Shown here piece by piece: positions 10,501 through 23,030 of a DNA stretch of 64,000 nucleotides; the first letter of the stretch is position 1, and each line of letters starts with the position of its first letter. The stretch spans positions 186,001 through 250,000 of the forward strand of contig NIVC01001035.1 in assembly GCA_002269645.1 (NCBI GenBank), in the 5' to 3' direction. The notes under the pieces are model-generated. The model was not told the origin of the DNA, did no database searches, and saw only the letters and a list, made by a program, of their open reading frames with translations. The stretch is from Macrostomum lignano. Lineage: Eukaryota. The position numbers and the translations under genes were made by a program.

Positions 10501-12396
10501 CAGGGCATGCAGCGGCGCAGCCACTCCAGCGTAGCCGTCGACAAACTTGTGGTAGTAATTGGCGAGGCCTAGGAATTGTCTCAGTTGAGTAACGGACTGT
10601 GGCACGGGCCAATCACGGATCTGCGCAATCTTGTCCTCACAGGTCTTCAGGCCGTCGGGAGTCACGACGTGACCTAAATAATGCAGCTCCTTGAGGAACA
10701 AATGACACTTCTTCGGTTTCACTTTGATGTTGGCTGCGATGATGCGCTGGAGTACAGTTCGCAAGTTATCCAGCTGTTCCTCGAAAGTCACTGAGTGCAC
10801 CACGATGTCGTCCATGTAGCCAAGCGCAGTCTTTGGCGTCAGGCCGTCCAGGAGCTTATTGATGCAACGCTGAAAGCTGCCGGGACTATCGTGGAGACCC
10901 ATTGGTAGAACGTTGAAACAGAATTGGCCGCGGTCGATCACTGAGAATGCCGTCAAGTGCTGGTCGCAGTCGCGCAGCGGGATCTGCCAGAATCCTTGAG
11001 CAAGGTCCAGGCTAGAATACCACTGAGCACCACGAAGCTTCGCGAAGGTTTCCTGGATGTGCGGCAGCGGATACGGGCGATACATACACCGGTCGTTGAG
11101 AGCTCTGAAGTCGTGGACTAGTCGGATGTTGCCGTCCTTCTTGGGCACGATGAGCATTGGTGAATTGTAGCTCGAGTAGGCAGGGCGAATGATGTGCTTC
11201 GCCAGCATCTCGTCTAGCAGGGCGTCGAGCTTGTCCTTCAGATGAGGCGGGATTCGGCGCGGTGGAAGCGCAACTGGTGTCCGGTCCTTTAAGATGATCT
11301 CGTGGGTCACCAGGTGAGTCAGGCCGGCGTCTAGCGAGTGCTTGGAGAAGGCCGCTTGACATTCGACTAGTAGATCTCGCACTCTTTGATGTTGTTCTTT
11401 GGACAATTCGCTGTTGATCTCGACTTCATCTAGCCATGCTGTGCTGGACTCTTCAGAGTTCTTCGGGAGGTGTCGCACTTCAGGTTCGGGCGTCTCACTC
11501 AGGTACATCAGGTCGGCAGTTCGGATTGGCGTCGCAACACCAACACGGATACCGGCTTGCAGGAACACCTCGCTGTCGGCGGTGTTGACGACCTCAATGT
11601 AGCCGCGACCTTCAGGCATCGTCATCAGAGCAGGCGCTGCTTCCAGAGCGTTGCAGCTGGGATGCAGTTTCGACTTAACCAGCTCGACAATTGATGGCGA
11701 TCCTCGATTCTCAGGGTGGCCGTCATCCAGTCTGACGGCAAGCAGAGCTGAACTTCTAGGCGGCAGGGTGCACTTTTCGGAGGTGTACACTCGGCAGGTC
11801 TGAAGCTCACGACGCGAATAACGAACAGGGATGCACGTGCCATTGTTGAACATCAGCATTCCTTGAGCGAAGTCCAAGTTCTGGCAGTGCTCTCGCATAA
11901 ACGATACGCCAAGCAAGTTTTCACAATCGGAGACCGTGACGAGGAATTCGGTGTCCGCGACGACATCACCAAACTCCACGGGGATGGTCACCTTACAAGC
12001 AAGTGGGAGCTGCGTCCCATCATACATAGTTACGCAATCGGGAATAGCATGCGATATAATACAACGAGGCATCCGACGTCTAATAGCGGCCCAGGTTGAC
12101 GAACCAAGAAAGTTTTTCTGGCTGTCGCTATCAAGCAAGAAAGGGACCTCTCGACTCGCAACTCGACCAGTGACGTACGGATCGGCCTCACGCGCATGGA
12201 TTTTTTGATTCGGGGAGGTGTCCACGAAACCTCCGCACTCCGCGTCACTTACTGGCGAGCGACTGTCGGACTGGGCATTGGCGCCTGCACAGCCGACATC
12301 CTCTTCTTCTGGTGACCTCTTGGAGTCTGCCAAGTAGCCTGGGCTTGGACCTCGCGGAGGGCGGTGCCGTTGTTGTTCTCCGCCTGGCCGTTTCCC
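7551..12396 (-). CDS. pol: Pol polyprotein (protease, RT, RNase H, integrase), interrupted by the LINE at 7550
   Basis: Protease site FLLDSDS (DSG changed to DSD), RT YMDD, RNase H LDTDAS, integrase H-H-C-C, and D,D-E (HCDVVGP / HTDQGTNF / GQVENLN). Confidence 0.95.
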
Positions 12397-13496
12397 TGGT
12401 TATGGCGCATCGGGCACTGGGCACTGCGGTGACCGGGCTGTCCGCAGCTGTAGCAGATTGTAGTCTTCGCCGGCGGGCTGTTCTTCTGCTGTTGGTCACG
12501 CTGCACCAGGTGATCAAGCAATCGCTGCTGCTTCTCGATCAAGTCGGTTAGAGTTAGCAGGGCTTGGGCGGTGACGTCTGGCTTCGGGTCGCCGTCCTGC
12601 TCCCCGTCCAACATCCTAACCGGGGGTTGAGCGTTTCGCTGCGCCAATTCTTTGGCGCCTTCTAGTCGTCGTAGTTCTCGAATCGCAGCAAAAAGATTGT
12701 TCGGGCGAACCCAGTACAGCCGTTCGCGCAGGTCTGGAGTCGTCCGGATACCAGCAAGGAATTGATCAGCAATCTCCTTCTCGCGGTCTTCAGGATGCAT
12801 TCGAGGATACGCACGTTCACCAAGAGTTCTCAGGGCGTCAGCAAACTCTTCTGCTGACTCATTCTTGCCTTGTTGACGACGCCTCAACAGCTCTCTGTAC
12901 TCATCAGCACCACCATGACGGGCAAATCGCTCTAACAGACGCTGCTTGACCTCCTCGTAGCTGGCGAAATGCGGAAGATTCATACTAAGCAAGGAAGGAT
13001 ACGCAGTAGCCAAATCCAGACTCGCGATGAGGTGTTTCATCTCGAACGGGTCGACAATGCGCTCCATCTCGCAACGCTGCTTGAACGCGGCAAGCCAGAC
13101 ATGAATGTCCTGACTTGGAGTAAACTTCACAATTTTAACTTGTTTACTCACGGGCCGCTCCATCTGCTGCTGCAGAGCTGCCATCATGGTCCTCACGTCC
13201 TGGTGCGTGATGTTCCGGCCGATGTTGTCCAGGCCTTGCAGAAGCTCGTCTGGCGGGTCGTCGGACACATCGCTTCTGGCACCTCGCCTTGGCGTCGGCT
13301 GCTGACCAAAGTCGTTGATCGCTGCTGCTGCTGCGGCGTCCGCTGCCGCAGGCCTCGAACTGCTGATGTGCTGATCCAGCCGGCTGCTGCACCGGCTCTC
13401 GTCTCGTTCGTTGAACATGTTGAACTTGTAGTAGTCGCTGGCCGAAGTCGTTCTCGAAAGAGTGGTTGGCTTGGGTGTGTCGTAGTCGGATCTCAC
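12249..13496 (-). CDS. gag: Gag of the Gypsy element (retrotransposon capsid domain plus CCHC knuckle)
   Basis: RRRQQGKNESAEEFADALRTLGERAYP capsid-type motif and CYSCGQPGHRSAQC zinc knuckle. Confidence 0.92.
   Translation of the reverse strand: MRSDYDTPKPTTLSRTTSASDYYKFNMFNERDESRCSSRLDQHISSSRPAAADAAAAAAINDFGQQPTPRRGARSDVSDDPPDELLQGLDNIGRNITHQDVRTMMAALQQQMERPVSKQVKIVKFTPSQDIHVWLAAFKQRCEMERIVDPFEMKHLIASLDLATAYPSLLSMNLPHFASYEEVKQRLLERFARHGGADEYRELLRRRQQGKNESAEEFADALRTLGERAYPRMHPEDREKEIADQFLAGIRTTPDLRERLYWVRPNNLFAAIRELRRLEGAKELAQRNAQPPVRMLDGEQDGDPKPDVTAQALLTLTDLIEKQQRLLDHLVQRDQQQKNSPPAKTTICYSCGQPGHRSAQCPMRHNQGNGQAENNNGTALREVQAQATWQTPRGHQKKRMSAVQAPMPSPTVARQ
12390..12396 (-). promoter_or_regulatory. 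-1 ribosomal frameshift slippery site G GGA AAC
   Basis: Heptamer lies just after the gag knuckle. The -1 frame (KRPGGEQQRHRPPRGPSPGYLADSKR) is open into pol. Confidence 0.75.
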
Positions 13497-13509
13497 CGCT
13501 GCGTCACCA
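13489..13509 (-). promoter_or_regulatory. Primer-binding site (degenerate tRNA-Leu-like)
   Basis: TGGTGACGCAGCGGTGAGATCC starts 1 nt after the 5' LTR end and is complementary to a tRNA CCA end. Confidence 0.6.
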
Positions 13510-13510
13510 G

Positions 13511-14550
13511 TGTTGTACTTTGGGTTTTCTTGGGGTGGCCTGGTAGGTCTTTGAATCCCACCGTTGCCACCAGTGTAGTACTGCTGTTTTCTTCCCGGTT
13601 TAGGCCCTTGCGGATTACTTTAAGACTCGAGCCTCTTCAGTGGGAAGTTCTCTCAACTCTCTCAGTAGCGTAGGTAGTGCTGCCACCAGTTCTTTCAGGT
13701 CTCGGCCTTCGGTGAGGTGAGCTTCCCGTCGGAACGAAATAATGAAGTCAACGAACACAGCACTGCGTGCAGATTTAGAGCGCAACGAATAGGGCGTCTC
13801 GTCAGCAGTACCTGCCGGGCTAGGATGGTAGAGGGAGGGCTGAGTTAGCCTCTCGTAGACTTGGGTTGACTTGGTCGGGTTTCAGTCGGAGCAATAGGAA
13901 TAGAATCAATATGCGCAAAGGCTCGGACACTCGGTATTTAGTCACACGCAGACATAGAACTCGAGGTTGAACAGAAAGAAGACTCCTTGACGGAAACAAG
14001 GGGGAGAGAGCTCCTATTTATAGCCGGGAAACTCCCGCGCTCAAGACCTCGTGACTTGTTCTATTTTTAGAACTGACATCACTCGAGAGTCTCGGGCAGG
14101 GTACAAGTGCGCGGAAGACCTCGTGACTTGTTCTATTTTTAGAACTGACGTCATTTGAGGGTCCCCGGCAGAGTGCACATGGCTGTGACTCAGTTGCTAT
14201 TTTTAGCAACATGAGTCACTCCTCTCCTTAGGGAAGGGAGGGGTCCGAAAGCATGTGACTCACCCGGTAAACAGGGCCAACGAGTGCAGTAAACATGTTT
14301 ACTGCACTTTAAGACTCAGAGAACGCAAGAACTGTCATGTGACTTGCTCACATGACAGAGGAAACAGGACGGAATTGAAACAGAGACAGCCCACAGTCGA
14401 GAGAAACGCAGCAGGGCGGAAAGGACATAGGGGGCAGCAGGCAAACGAAAGGGGATAGGAAGCTGACCAGCGGCAGACAGCAACCCAAAGGGAGGGCAAG
14501 GGAACAGCTGACTAGGGCGACGCCTAACCATAAACTAGTGGCTCACTACA
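13511..14550 (-). repeat. 5' LTR of the Gypsy element
   Basis: Second copy of 183-1208, immediately upstream of gag on the minus strand and followed by a TGG-starting PBS-like sequence. Confidence 0.93.
14015..14036 (-). promoter_or_regulatory. LTR TATA box with an adjacent kappaB-like site (also at 687-708)
   Basis: Minus strand GGGAGTTTCCC followed 3 nt later by TATAAATA in both LTRs. Confidence 0.45.
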
Positions 14551-14639
14551 CTCCTTGTTTACTAGGGGTTCCAATGGCAACTAACAGGTGCTGTTTTTTT
14601 TAAAACTTGCTCACTTTGCTTATGTCAGCAGTCAGCAGA

Positions 14640-14972
14640 TTTTTTTACCCCAAGGGCCAGATAGAGAACCTAGAGCATGACTGCAGTCTAGATGAAAAGA
14701 GGAGATAAGAGGGAATAAAAAAGAAGGAAAGAAGATAGGAGAAAGGAGAGGCAAGGGAATAAAGGAGCAAAGAGGAGACAAAAGGAGAAGAAAGATGAAA
14801 AGAGAAAAAAGGAGAGTAGGAAAGAGAGGAGAAAAGAGAGAAGAGTGCTAAGAAAAGACAAACATTGACCAGGCTGGATTGCTATTATGAAGTTACAAAG
14901 GACCAAAAAGGCCAGATGAAGAGGCTTTGTGAGCTGCATGTAGCCTGTGGGCCAGAGTTTGCTAATCCCTGG
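14640..14972. mobile_element. Decayed non-autonomous DNA-transposon-like repeat (GA-rich core, hAT-like end); second copy at ~61550-61800
   Basis: 14875-14972 aligns with 61702-61800, and both follow a GA-rich run. The end GCCAGAGTTTGCTAATCCCTG resembles hAT/Charlie termini. Confidence 0.5.
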
Positions 14973-17900
14973 CTCATGATGGAAAATAATAAAATGGTCT
15001 ATGGTATATGTCTAGGATAAGTTTCATTTGTTTTTGCTTGTGTAGCACTGAAACTGAGAGGCAGAATTCATGCCAATTGTGACTGCCTTGAGCAGAAAGT
15101 TTTTCACAAAATACCAAGATAGGCATATGCAGATGCCAATGATAATATGCTTACTTGGTAGAAAAATGCATCTAAGTGAAGTGTGGCTATATTGAAAAAG
15201 ATCTCATTTGCCACTAAGGAAGACAGAGACAACTTTTTAGAAAGACAATTGACTTACTATTTTCTAGTGCTCCATATGCAGCATCCAAGTTCCTATTCAT
15301 GTATTAAGATATAGTACCCAATTGCAATTAAAGAGGCATAACTTTTAATAAGTTTATGATATTTTCAAAATTCTTTCACTGTCATTAAAAAGCCACTTTA
15401 AACTAAATCAGTTGCTGTTACTCTTGCTGACTATTAAAAAGAGTTGCATGAAAAAGTCCTAAGACTTTTTGGATTCCCATTCTAATTGACAAATTGGGAG
15501 AGAACAATGAACTGTCAATATCACATAATACCTTCTCTTCAATCTGAATCAGCTTACTTAATACTTGCTCAGAGGCATATGTAGCATTGGTTATTTAATC
15601 CTTCTTGCTTAGCTTATGTAGTAACATTTTGTAATATCCTTACTAATCAAAGGTAAAGAACTTCTTGCTCATAAGGAACCTTGTAAGCAGAAGTTCTGAT
15701 AGAGTAGAATTAGTCAAGGTAAGGTACATCATTTGAGGAGTAGAATTAGCACTAATTGAATAGAACATACTTAGCTCTAGAGAAAGACTTGTGCTACCTT
15801 CTTTGTCCTACTGAGCTATAGCTATGCTAGGAGAAATGTCATGTTTTTCCATTGTTATTTTATTCTTTGTCAGGTTAAGGAAGGCACTAGTTTATCACTT
15901 TGGTTTACTATATAATTTAGCAATCTATTAATATTAGAAATTGTGCTTAGTTGCTGCCAACAGAGTTGATTACCTTACTTTGACATTAGTGAACAATTAA
16001 TTAATACAAATAGATTTAATGACTAGACTCAATGTGGGTAAAATAAGTGATCTTGCAAGCTGGCTTTATTTATAGCATATAAAATACACAAATTGCTATC
16101 ACATATACTTGTAAAATCTAGCAAGTCGATTCTCTTGTGTTGAGCAACTTCTAGATCTCCATGGTGTGAAACTGAAAATTGATTCTTTAACAAAAAAAGT
16201 CATCAAGATTACTCTGAAGATACATGTTGTCTAAGTCAAGTCAAGTAGAATATATAGCTAAACATATGCTTTGCACTGGCTATCAAGTCATTGACAATTA
16301 TTTAGATACATTAAGAAAAAGTGTAGGCATGACATTGGGCTTCAAGAGCTTGTATGAATATCACTTTTTAAGCATGCTGCTATTTTTGTACTAGATGCCA
16401 AAAAATCCTCAGATGTTTCAATGAAATCTTGCTCCAAAAAGTAAAAACATACAATAAGCATCTTTGCATGCACTTTTTCAATGCCAACTTTAGATTAAGA
16501 AATCAATTTCTTGCCCTTTTCAATGGGATCAGATTGTTAAGTGGAAAATGCAAGCTTTTGTTATTCTCTTAAACTGCAAATTGATATATGACAATAAAGC
16601 CACCTTAGCAAATGAGCATAGAACTGCATTTATGAAAACTCAGCTGCAATCACAGATATACAACTGAGGGGCATGGCTACCTGCTTGCCATACACCTTGA
16701 TTCTTGTAGTGAGAAAAGTTTAGGCACAAGTTGTCCAGCCAATGGGCTACATCTTTAATCTTTGTAACCTCAAGAATGAATTCTATGATAGGCACAGCTT
16801 TAATAGACTTTGCAAATTGATACAACTGTACTACAAAGAAGGGTATTAGGAGAAGTGCACCTGAACAGGACAGAATGCCTCCAGTGGCATCTAGGTGAAC
16901 AGGTGTCATTAAGTTTAAATTGATAGCTACAGTACAGCATTCTAGCAATAGGGAAACAGATGTGTTGAATGAACCTAGCAATTCCATTGCCATGCTATGG
17001 CATTGAGGTCCTCCATGTGTTGTGTAGGATTTTAAGGTTGTGGACAATGTCATTTTCTTTATCTTCCTTAGCAACTGCTCTAAAAACTGTGATAAATGAC
17101 AGCAAGACAGCAGGTGTCACTAGTGAATTTATTAATCAAATCTTCATAGTTTCTATTGCATTAGTTCCTGGTTGAGTACTTTTTTGTTGAACAAAGACTT
17201 AAGCATCTTCAGAACCATGTTGCCAGTGATGTCGCATATCTGCTCTTCTGGTTGCTAGTTTGTGGCTAACATGCTCATGCTGCTTCTGGAAAGTCAGATC
17301 AATATCTACAAGTAAATTGAAAGGAAGCTCTGACATAGATAAAATAATGCTGCACCAATAGCCATTTCCTTCTGCACATAAGAGATGGAGCCTTTCAATC
17401 ATTGGTCAGGTGCAAGACTTGTCAATTGACATGTGTGGCACAATTCTCATTGCAGTCTCTTAGAAAAGGACAAATTACATCCACCATCTAGGACTTTTTC
17501 TTGCAGGTGGCGCTTAAAAAGCTTCTAGGAAATCTTAATGCCATGTCCTGCCACTGCTGCCTGAAAATATGGCAAAAATAGAGAGTCTTGTTTCATACAA
17601 ATAAGATTTTTTTTCAAAGGCAAAGACAGTATTCTTTATAGATATTAGATATAGAAGAAATGCTAGGGAAACCTAGAAAACTTAGGGAACAGTAATACTG
17701 ATGATAATACTAAAAGATCCTCCAATATAAAAAGTATATTGCAATATTGCAATTATAAGCATCAATACCAATGTTTGACATATATGATGTTTGATGTCTT
17801 GATATAAGCAATTAAATTATATAGAATATAATCTAGATGATGCTGATAGCTTCTTTTTTATTGCAAGCTAAGAAAATGACAATTAAGATATCCATTGCAA

Positions 17901-18589
17901 AAATAAAATTATATAAACTGCATAACAAATTTCTAATACAAGTTTCATTACTACAAGTATGTAAAAACTATTATTTACGAGTATAAAAAGCCATAGATAA
18001 TATAAATACAAGATAGGTCAATTCACTTCCTATAAGTAAGCTATATAAGAAAGCTATAAGAAAGCTTAAGGTTCCAACAGCTACTAACAATGAAATCTTA
18101 ATGTCTCTGCTTTTAAGATTTGTTGATAGATGGCAGCTCAAAAGAAACAAGTGGGGTTGACTGTTGACTAGAGTGAACCACCTTAAAAGCCAATCTATGT
18201 GGCTTATTAAAAAAAGACATGAAGCATGACATGACAAAACTGATTTAGAAAACTATATATTGTGTAAATAATACACTAAACTCAATAAAGCCTAAAAGTC
18301 TAAAGTCTAAAAGTAGCCAAACAATATTAAACCAACTAGCTATGACAGTCACTATGACAGATAGGTGAGAGACAGGTACTGCTGATATGAGCAGACACTG
18401 GACTTGCTAATTCACATGTTGCCAAGTACATTGACTGATGACTTTTAAAGTGGCCCGTTTTGAGGCTTCAACTCTCTAGTAGACTACTTGTTGATTGGCA
18501 GTTTGGCAGGGCTGGATAGTGAGGTTTGGGGTTCGAGTCGGAGATCACGAGACTTAACTCACTGATTAACTTCTTTCCAATCCTCCAAG

Positions 18590-21500
18590 CAGCGCGTTGG
18601 TGATGACAAACCATTGATCTCGCGTCGGGACAGTCACGACACGGAGTCTGGCAGCGGCCCGGGCGCCCAGGGTACCGCTGTGCCAGAAGTTGTCCACAGC
18701 TACGAAGAAATGCAGTATGACTTTGACCGGATTCGAGCGAAAATGAGGGAGCTGGCCCAGATGCACGACAAGCACCTGAACAGGTGATTATTGCAAGTAT
18801 AAGTATCCATTTTACAGTATGAGAATCTTGATTTCACACTATGAGAGTCCAGATTTCACACTATGAGAGTCCGATTTCTCAAGTATGAGAATCCGATTTC
18901 CCAAGTATGAGAGTCCCGATTTCACAGTATGAGAGTCCGATTTCTCAAGTATGAGAATCCGATTTCCCAAGTATGAGAGTCCCGATTTCCCAAGTATGAA
19001 AGTCCCGATTTCCCAAGTATAAGAGTCCCGATTTCTCAAGTATGACAGTCCCGATTTCCCAAGTATGAGAGTCCCGATTTCACAGTATGACAGTCCCGAT
19101 TTCCCAAGCATGAGAGTCCCGATTTCCCAAGTATGAGAGTCCCGATTTCCCAAGCATGGAGTCCCGATTTCCCAAGTATGAGAGTCCCGATTTCCCAAGC
19201 ATGAGAGTCCCGATTTCCCAAGTATGAGAGTCCCGATTTCCCAAGTATGAGAGTCCCGATTTCCCAAGTATGAGAGTCCCGATTTCCCAAGTATGAGAGT
19301 CCCGATTTCACAGTATGAGAGTCCGATTTCTCAAGTATGAGAATCCGATTTCCCAAGTATAAGAGTCCCGATTTCTCAAGTATGACAGTCCCGATTTCCC
19401 AAGAATGAGAGTCCCGATTTCCCAAGTATGAGAGTCCCGATTTCCCAAGTATGAGAGTCCCGATTTCCCAAGTATGAAAGTCCCGATTTCCCAAGAATGA
19501 GAGTCCCGATTTCCCAAGAATGAGAGTCCCGATTTCTCAAGTATGACAGTCCCGATTTCCCAAGAATGAGAGTCCCGATTTCCCAAGCATGAGAGTCCCG
19601 ATTTCCCAAGTATGAGAGTCCCGATTTCACAATATGAGAGTCCCGATTTCCCAAGCATGAGAGTCCCGATTTCCCAAGTATGAGAGTCCCGATTTCACAA
19701 TATGAGAGTCCCGATTTCCCAAGCATGAGAGTCCCGATTTCCCAAGTATGAGAGTCCCGATTTCACAATATGAGAGTCCCGATTTTACAGTCCCTAATCT
19801 ACACAACCGGGACTCCCGCAGGCCATCCCTCGACGACACCGTCGAAGAAGAGCAGCGCATCCAGGACGCCACCAAGCAGCTCACTGACGCGTTCGGTCGG
19901 TGCCACAGAAAACTGAAAGCTCTGGAAGGCCAGCGATCGGCCAGCGGCAGTCAGTTTGGCTGCAATATTCAGCAGGTAATTACTAGGTATTTATTGATTG
20001 CAAAGTCATATGTTTTGCAAACTCGGATTTAGGAATTTGGGATCTGGGATTGGTAGGGCGTGATTTTAGTTTTTTTGGGATCTAGCCCTTGATTCATTGA
20101 GGAGGATAGATTTTCTTTTTAATAGAAGTGCTTAGGAAGACTAGTACTTTACCTACTCCTCAACCCGACACTCCACCTACTGAACCCTACACCCCACCTA
20201 CTGAACCCCACACCCCACCTACTGAAACCCACATCCTACCTACTGAAACCCACACCCGCCTACTGAACCCCACACCTCACCCACTGAACCCCACACCCCA
20301 CCTACTGAACCCCACACCCCATCTACTGAACCCCACACCCACCTACTGAACCCCACACCCCATCTACTGAACCCCACACCCCACCTACTGAACCCCACAC
20401 CCCACCTATTGAAACCCACACCCCATCTACTGAACCCCAAACCCCACCTATTGAAACCCACACCCCATCTACTGAACCCCACAACCCACCTACTGAAACC
20501 CACACCCCATCTACTGAACCCCACACCCCACCTATTGAAACCCACACCCCATCTACTGAACCCCACACCCCACCTATTGAAACCCACACCCCATCTACTG
20601 AACCCCACACCCCACCTACTGAACCCCAAACCTCACCTACTGAACCCCACACCTCACCTACTGAACCCCACACACCCCCGCAGGCGCTGGCTCGCACTCT
20701 GCAGGACATGAGCAGCGAATTTCGCGCCTCCCAGTCCGGCTACCTGCGCCGTCTGAAGTCACGCGAGGACCGCTCGGCTTCCTCCGGTCTGTCGACTGCC
20801 GCAGCCGCGGCCGCCGCCGCCTCCTCCTCGGGTGGTGGCAGCGGCGGTCTATCCGGCGCCGACGATGACGGCCTGTCGGAGTTCATCGACCGAGGCTTCG
20901 CCCTACAGCTGGTTGAGGACAACACGGCGTTGGTGCAGCAGAGAGAGCAGGAGATCAACTCCGTGCTGCGGTCGATTCAGGTTAGTAGAGCTGCGGTGTA
21001 ATGATTAAGGAATTCGGCCTACCGCCTACTCATGAGTAGTAACGGGGGTGCTTTCACAAGCTCAAAAATTCATAGCGCCGAAAAATTTAAGCACACGAAC
21101 TTCAAGAACACGGACTAACTTTTTGTGTACCTCACCTTCTCAAGCAAGACTCAAGCTGCCAGCCTGGTGTCATCTGTTGAAGGTGCCAAGGGCTTCGAGG
21201 TGATGACGGAATTCTTGAGAGACCAGCTGAGGATGTCCAGCAATTGAGATTTGCCCACTGTCGAGTCTTGATCAGCGAATACTCGAGAAATTTGCAATAG
21301 GGTGTCCATAGTTACCTAGTGCCACATGTTGAATGTCAAGAAGCTCCATCTGGGTGAAGGCCAGTGACCAACGAAGTCGGAGCTGATGCAGACACATGTG
21401 GTCGACGTGCTGATAAAATTTGGAGGCCTGGCAAGGCTGCACTGAGGCGCAGTGCTGATTGGTGCACAGGGGTGTACTGAATTCACTGGCACTTATGGGA

Positions 21501-22472
21501 AAATCCGACCTGCTTCTGGCAGAATCGTCGAATATATCGACGGTCTGGAGGGCTGGCCGCTTGATTCTTGTTTGAGAAGATGCGCAACAAAAAGTGTTCA
21601 GATTGATGTTCGTGTGCCTGCGTTGCTCCGAAAATTGTCAGCTGGGGGATTCTTTGGTAGTTCTACTAATTTTCTACAATTTTTTTGTTTATTGCTAGTT
21701 TCTTCTCTACAATGCATTCATAGTTTAAAATTCTGCTTGAACTTTGCAGATTGCAGAAAGACATTTTTTCGAATATTTAATCCTCGTAAAAATATCATTT
21801 ACACTTGCCCCGGTCGGGCCAGATGTGCAACCTACAGCTCAGCTGCAGCTATTGGAACAACCGTACGCATCTGAAGGCTGCGTACGGTTGTTCAGTCCAA
21901 GGACTGAGGGGTCGCCACACACAGCCTCAATTACCCCAGCTAATGCTGGCACCCATTGTACAGCTGGGTGAACTGAAGCAATGCAGAGTTAAGTGTCTTG
22001 CTCAAGGACACAAGTTGTTCCAGTGGGATCGGGAATCGAACCCCCGACCTTCAAGTCGTGTGTCTAATGCTCTATCCACTAGGCTACAATCCCTTAATCC
22101 TCTTAGCATTGAGCAATTTCGGAGTCACGAAACAAGTTTTATGAAAAATCGGTTGAGCCTGAAATCAATCACACCAGTACCTAATATTAAGAACAACCAA
22201 TTAGCTTTAAAAATTGCTGTAAAAAACTCATCCAGGAACTGGGCGAAATCTTCACCGACGTGGCCCGCCTGGTTGTCGACCAGGGCGAGGTGATTGACAG
22301 GATCGATTACAACCTGGATCAGGTTGAGACCCGAGTGCACGAGGGTCTGCAGCAGCTCAAAAAGGCTGAGAAATATCAGAAGAAAAATCGCAAGATGCTG
22401 ATCATTCTGATCCTGGCTGCTCTGGTGGTGTTCTTCACAATTCTACTCGTGTTCACCAAGTTTAAGCGGTGA
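18590..22472 (+). CDS. STX16: Syntaxin-16; exons 18590-18783, 19822-19975, 20684-20980, 22236-22472; the first exon was not located and is probably upstream of the window
   Basis: The spliced product reads [45 protein letters not shown], SNARE motif VDQGEVIDRIDYNL and a C-terminal TM helix. All junctions are GT-AG and phase-compatible. Confidence 0.93.
18829..19790. repeat. Minisatellite, ~23-bp unit CCAAGTATGAGAGTCCCGATTTC, in an STX16 intron
   Basis: About 40 tandem, slightly variable copies are visible directly. Confidence 0.97.
20160..20680. repeat. Minisatellite, 21-bp unit CTACTGAACCCCACACCCCAC, in an STX16 intron
   Basis: Tandem copies are visible directly and run up to the splice acceptor at 20683. 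Confidence 0.96.
21790..22093 (-). mobile_element. tRNA-derived SINE (CORE-like central domain), copy 1
   Basis: Reverse complement of the element at 54628. It has a tRNA head with A and B boxes and the central TGTGTCCTTGAGCAAGACACTTAACTCTGCATTGCTTCAGTTCAC. Confidence 0.85.
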
Positions 22473-23030
22473 TCAGAGTGACTGGACTGGTTCACTGCAA
22501 CGACCATTGGAATATGTTAATAACAGCTGAATATAGTCAGTAATTATCAATAGTAAAATGAATTATGTTGATTCGTGTTATTCTATTAAATTATCTGAAC
22601 TGCTTTATTAACTGTATATTGCATTGTGTCTCGTCCTCTTGTGATCTGTGTTTTATTTATACAGTAGCTCGTATATAGTACACTTCATAATTAATAGACT
22701 TGCAGGACCATTCTTGAATCCAAATATAACAATTATTGATTATTGTAATTGACAATTAATTGAGCGGGTATTACCTTTAATTACATTTTCCTGATGTTTG
22801 TACACTTTATTTGTCTTCGTTTTTTAAAAACTTTCAGCATATTGCGCTGGAATTGCCGTGGAATCGCCGTGGAATTTCCGTGGAATTGCCCTGTCACAGC
22901 ACTGTACAACTCAAAGTAGAAGTTTGAATGTTGTACTTAAATGCATGTGGACACAAAAATGGCCTGACTTCTAAGCTATACCAGCTAGCAATCTGAAGCT
23001 TAACGGACTTGCTGGATCTTGACTTAAAGC

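Larger units (their letters stand above)
183..14550 (-). mobile_element. Full-length Ty3/Gypsy LTR retrotransposon with a nested LINE
   Basis: Two ~1.03-kb direct repeats (183-1208 and 13511-14550), both TG...CA. 4-bp TSD CTCC at 179-182 and 14551-14554. PPT next to the left LTR. Internal gag, then PR-RT-RH-IN order. Confidence 0.95.

Noticed and set aside
8069-13673. Numerous antisense and alternate-frame ORFs over gag/pol and over the LRAT genes
   Set aside because: Shadow ORFs of GC-rich coding sequence with no independent motifs.
16640-17402. ORFs of 144, 68 and 67 aa in the CpG desert
   Set aside because: No recognisable motifs. They may be remnants of a heavily deaminated TE, but I cannot assign them.
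18839-20711. Repetitive ORFs and a CRISPR-like look of the two arrays
   Set aside because: Head-to-tail minisatellites with no unique spacers and no cas genes, in eukaryotic introns.
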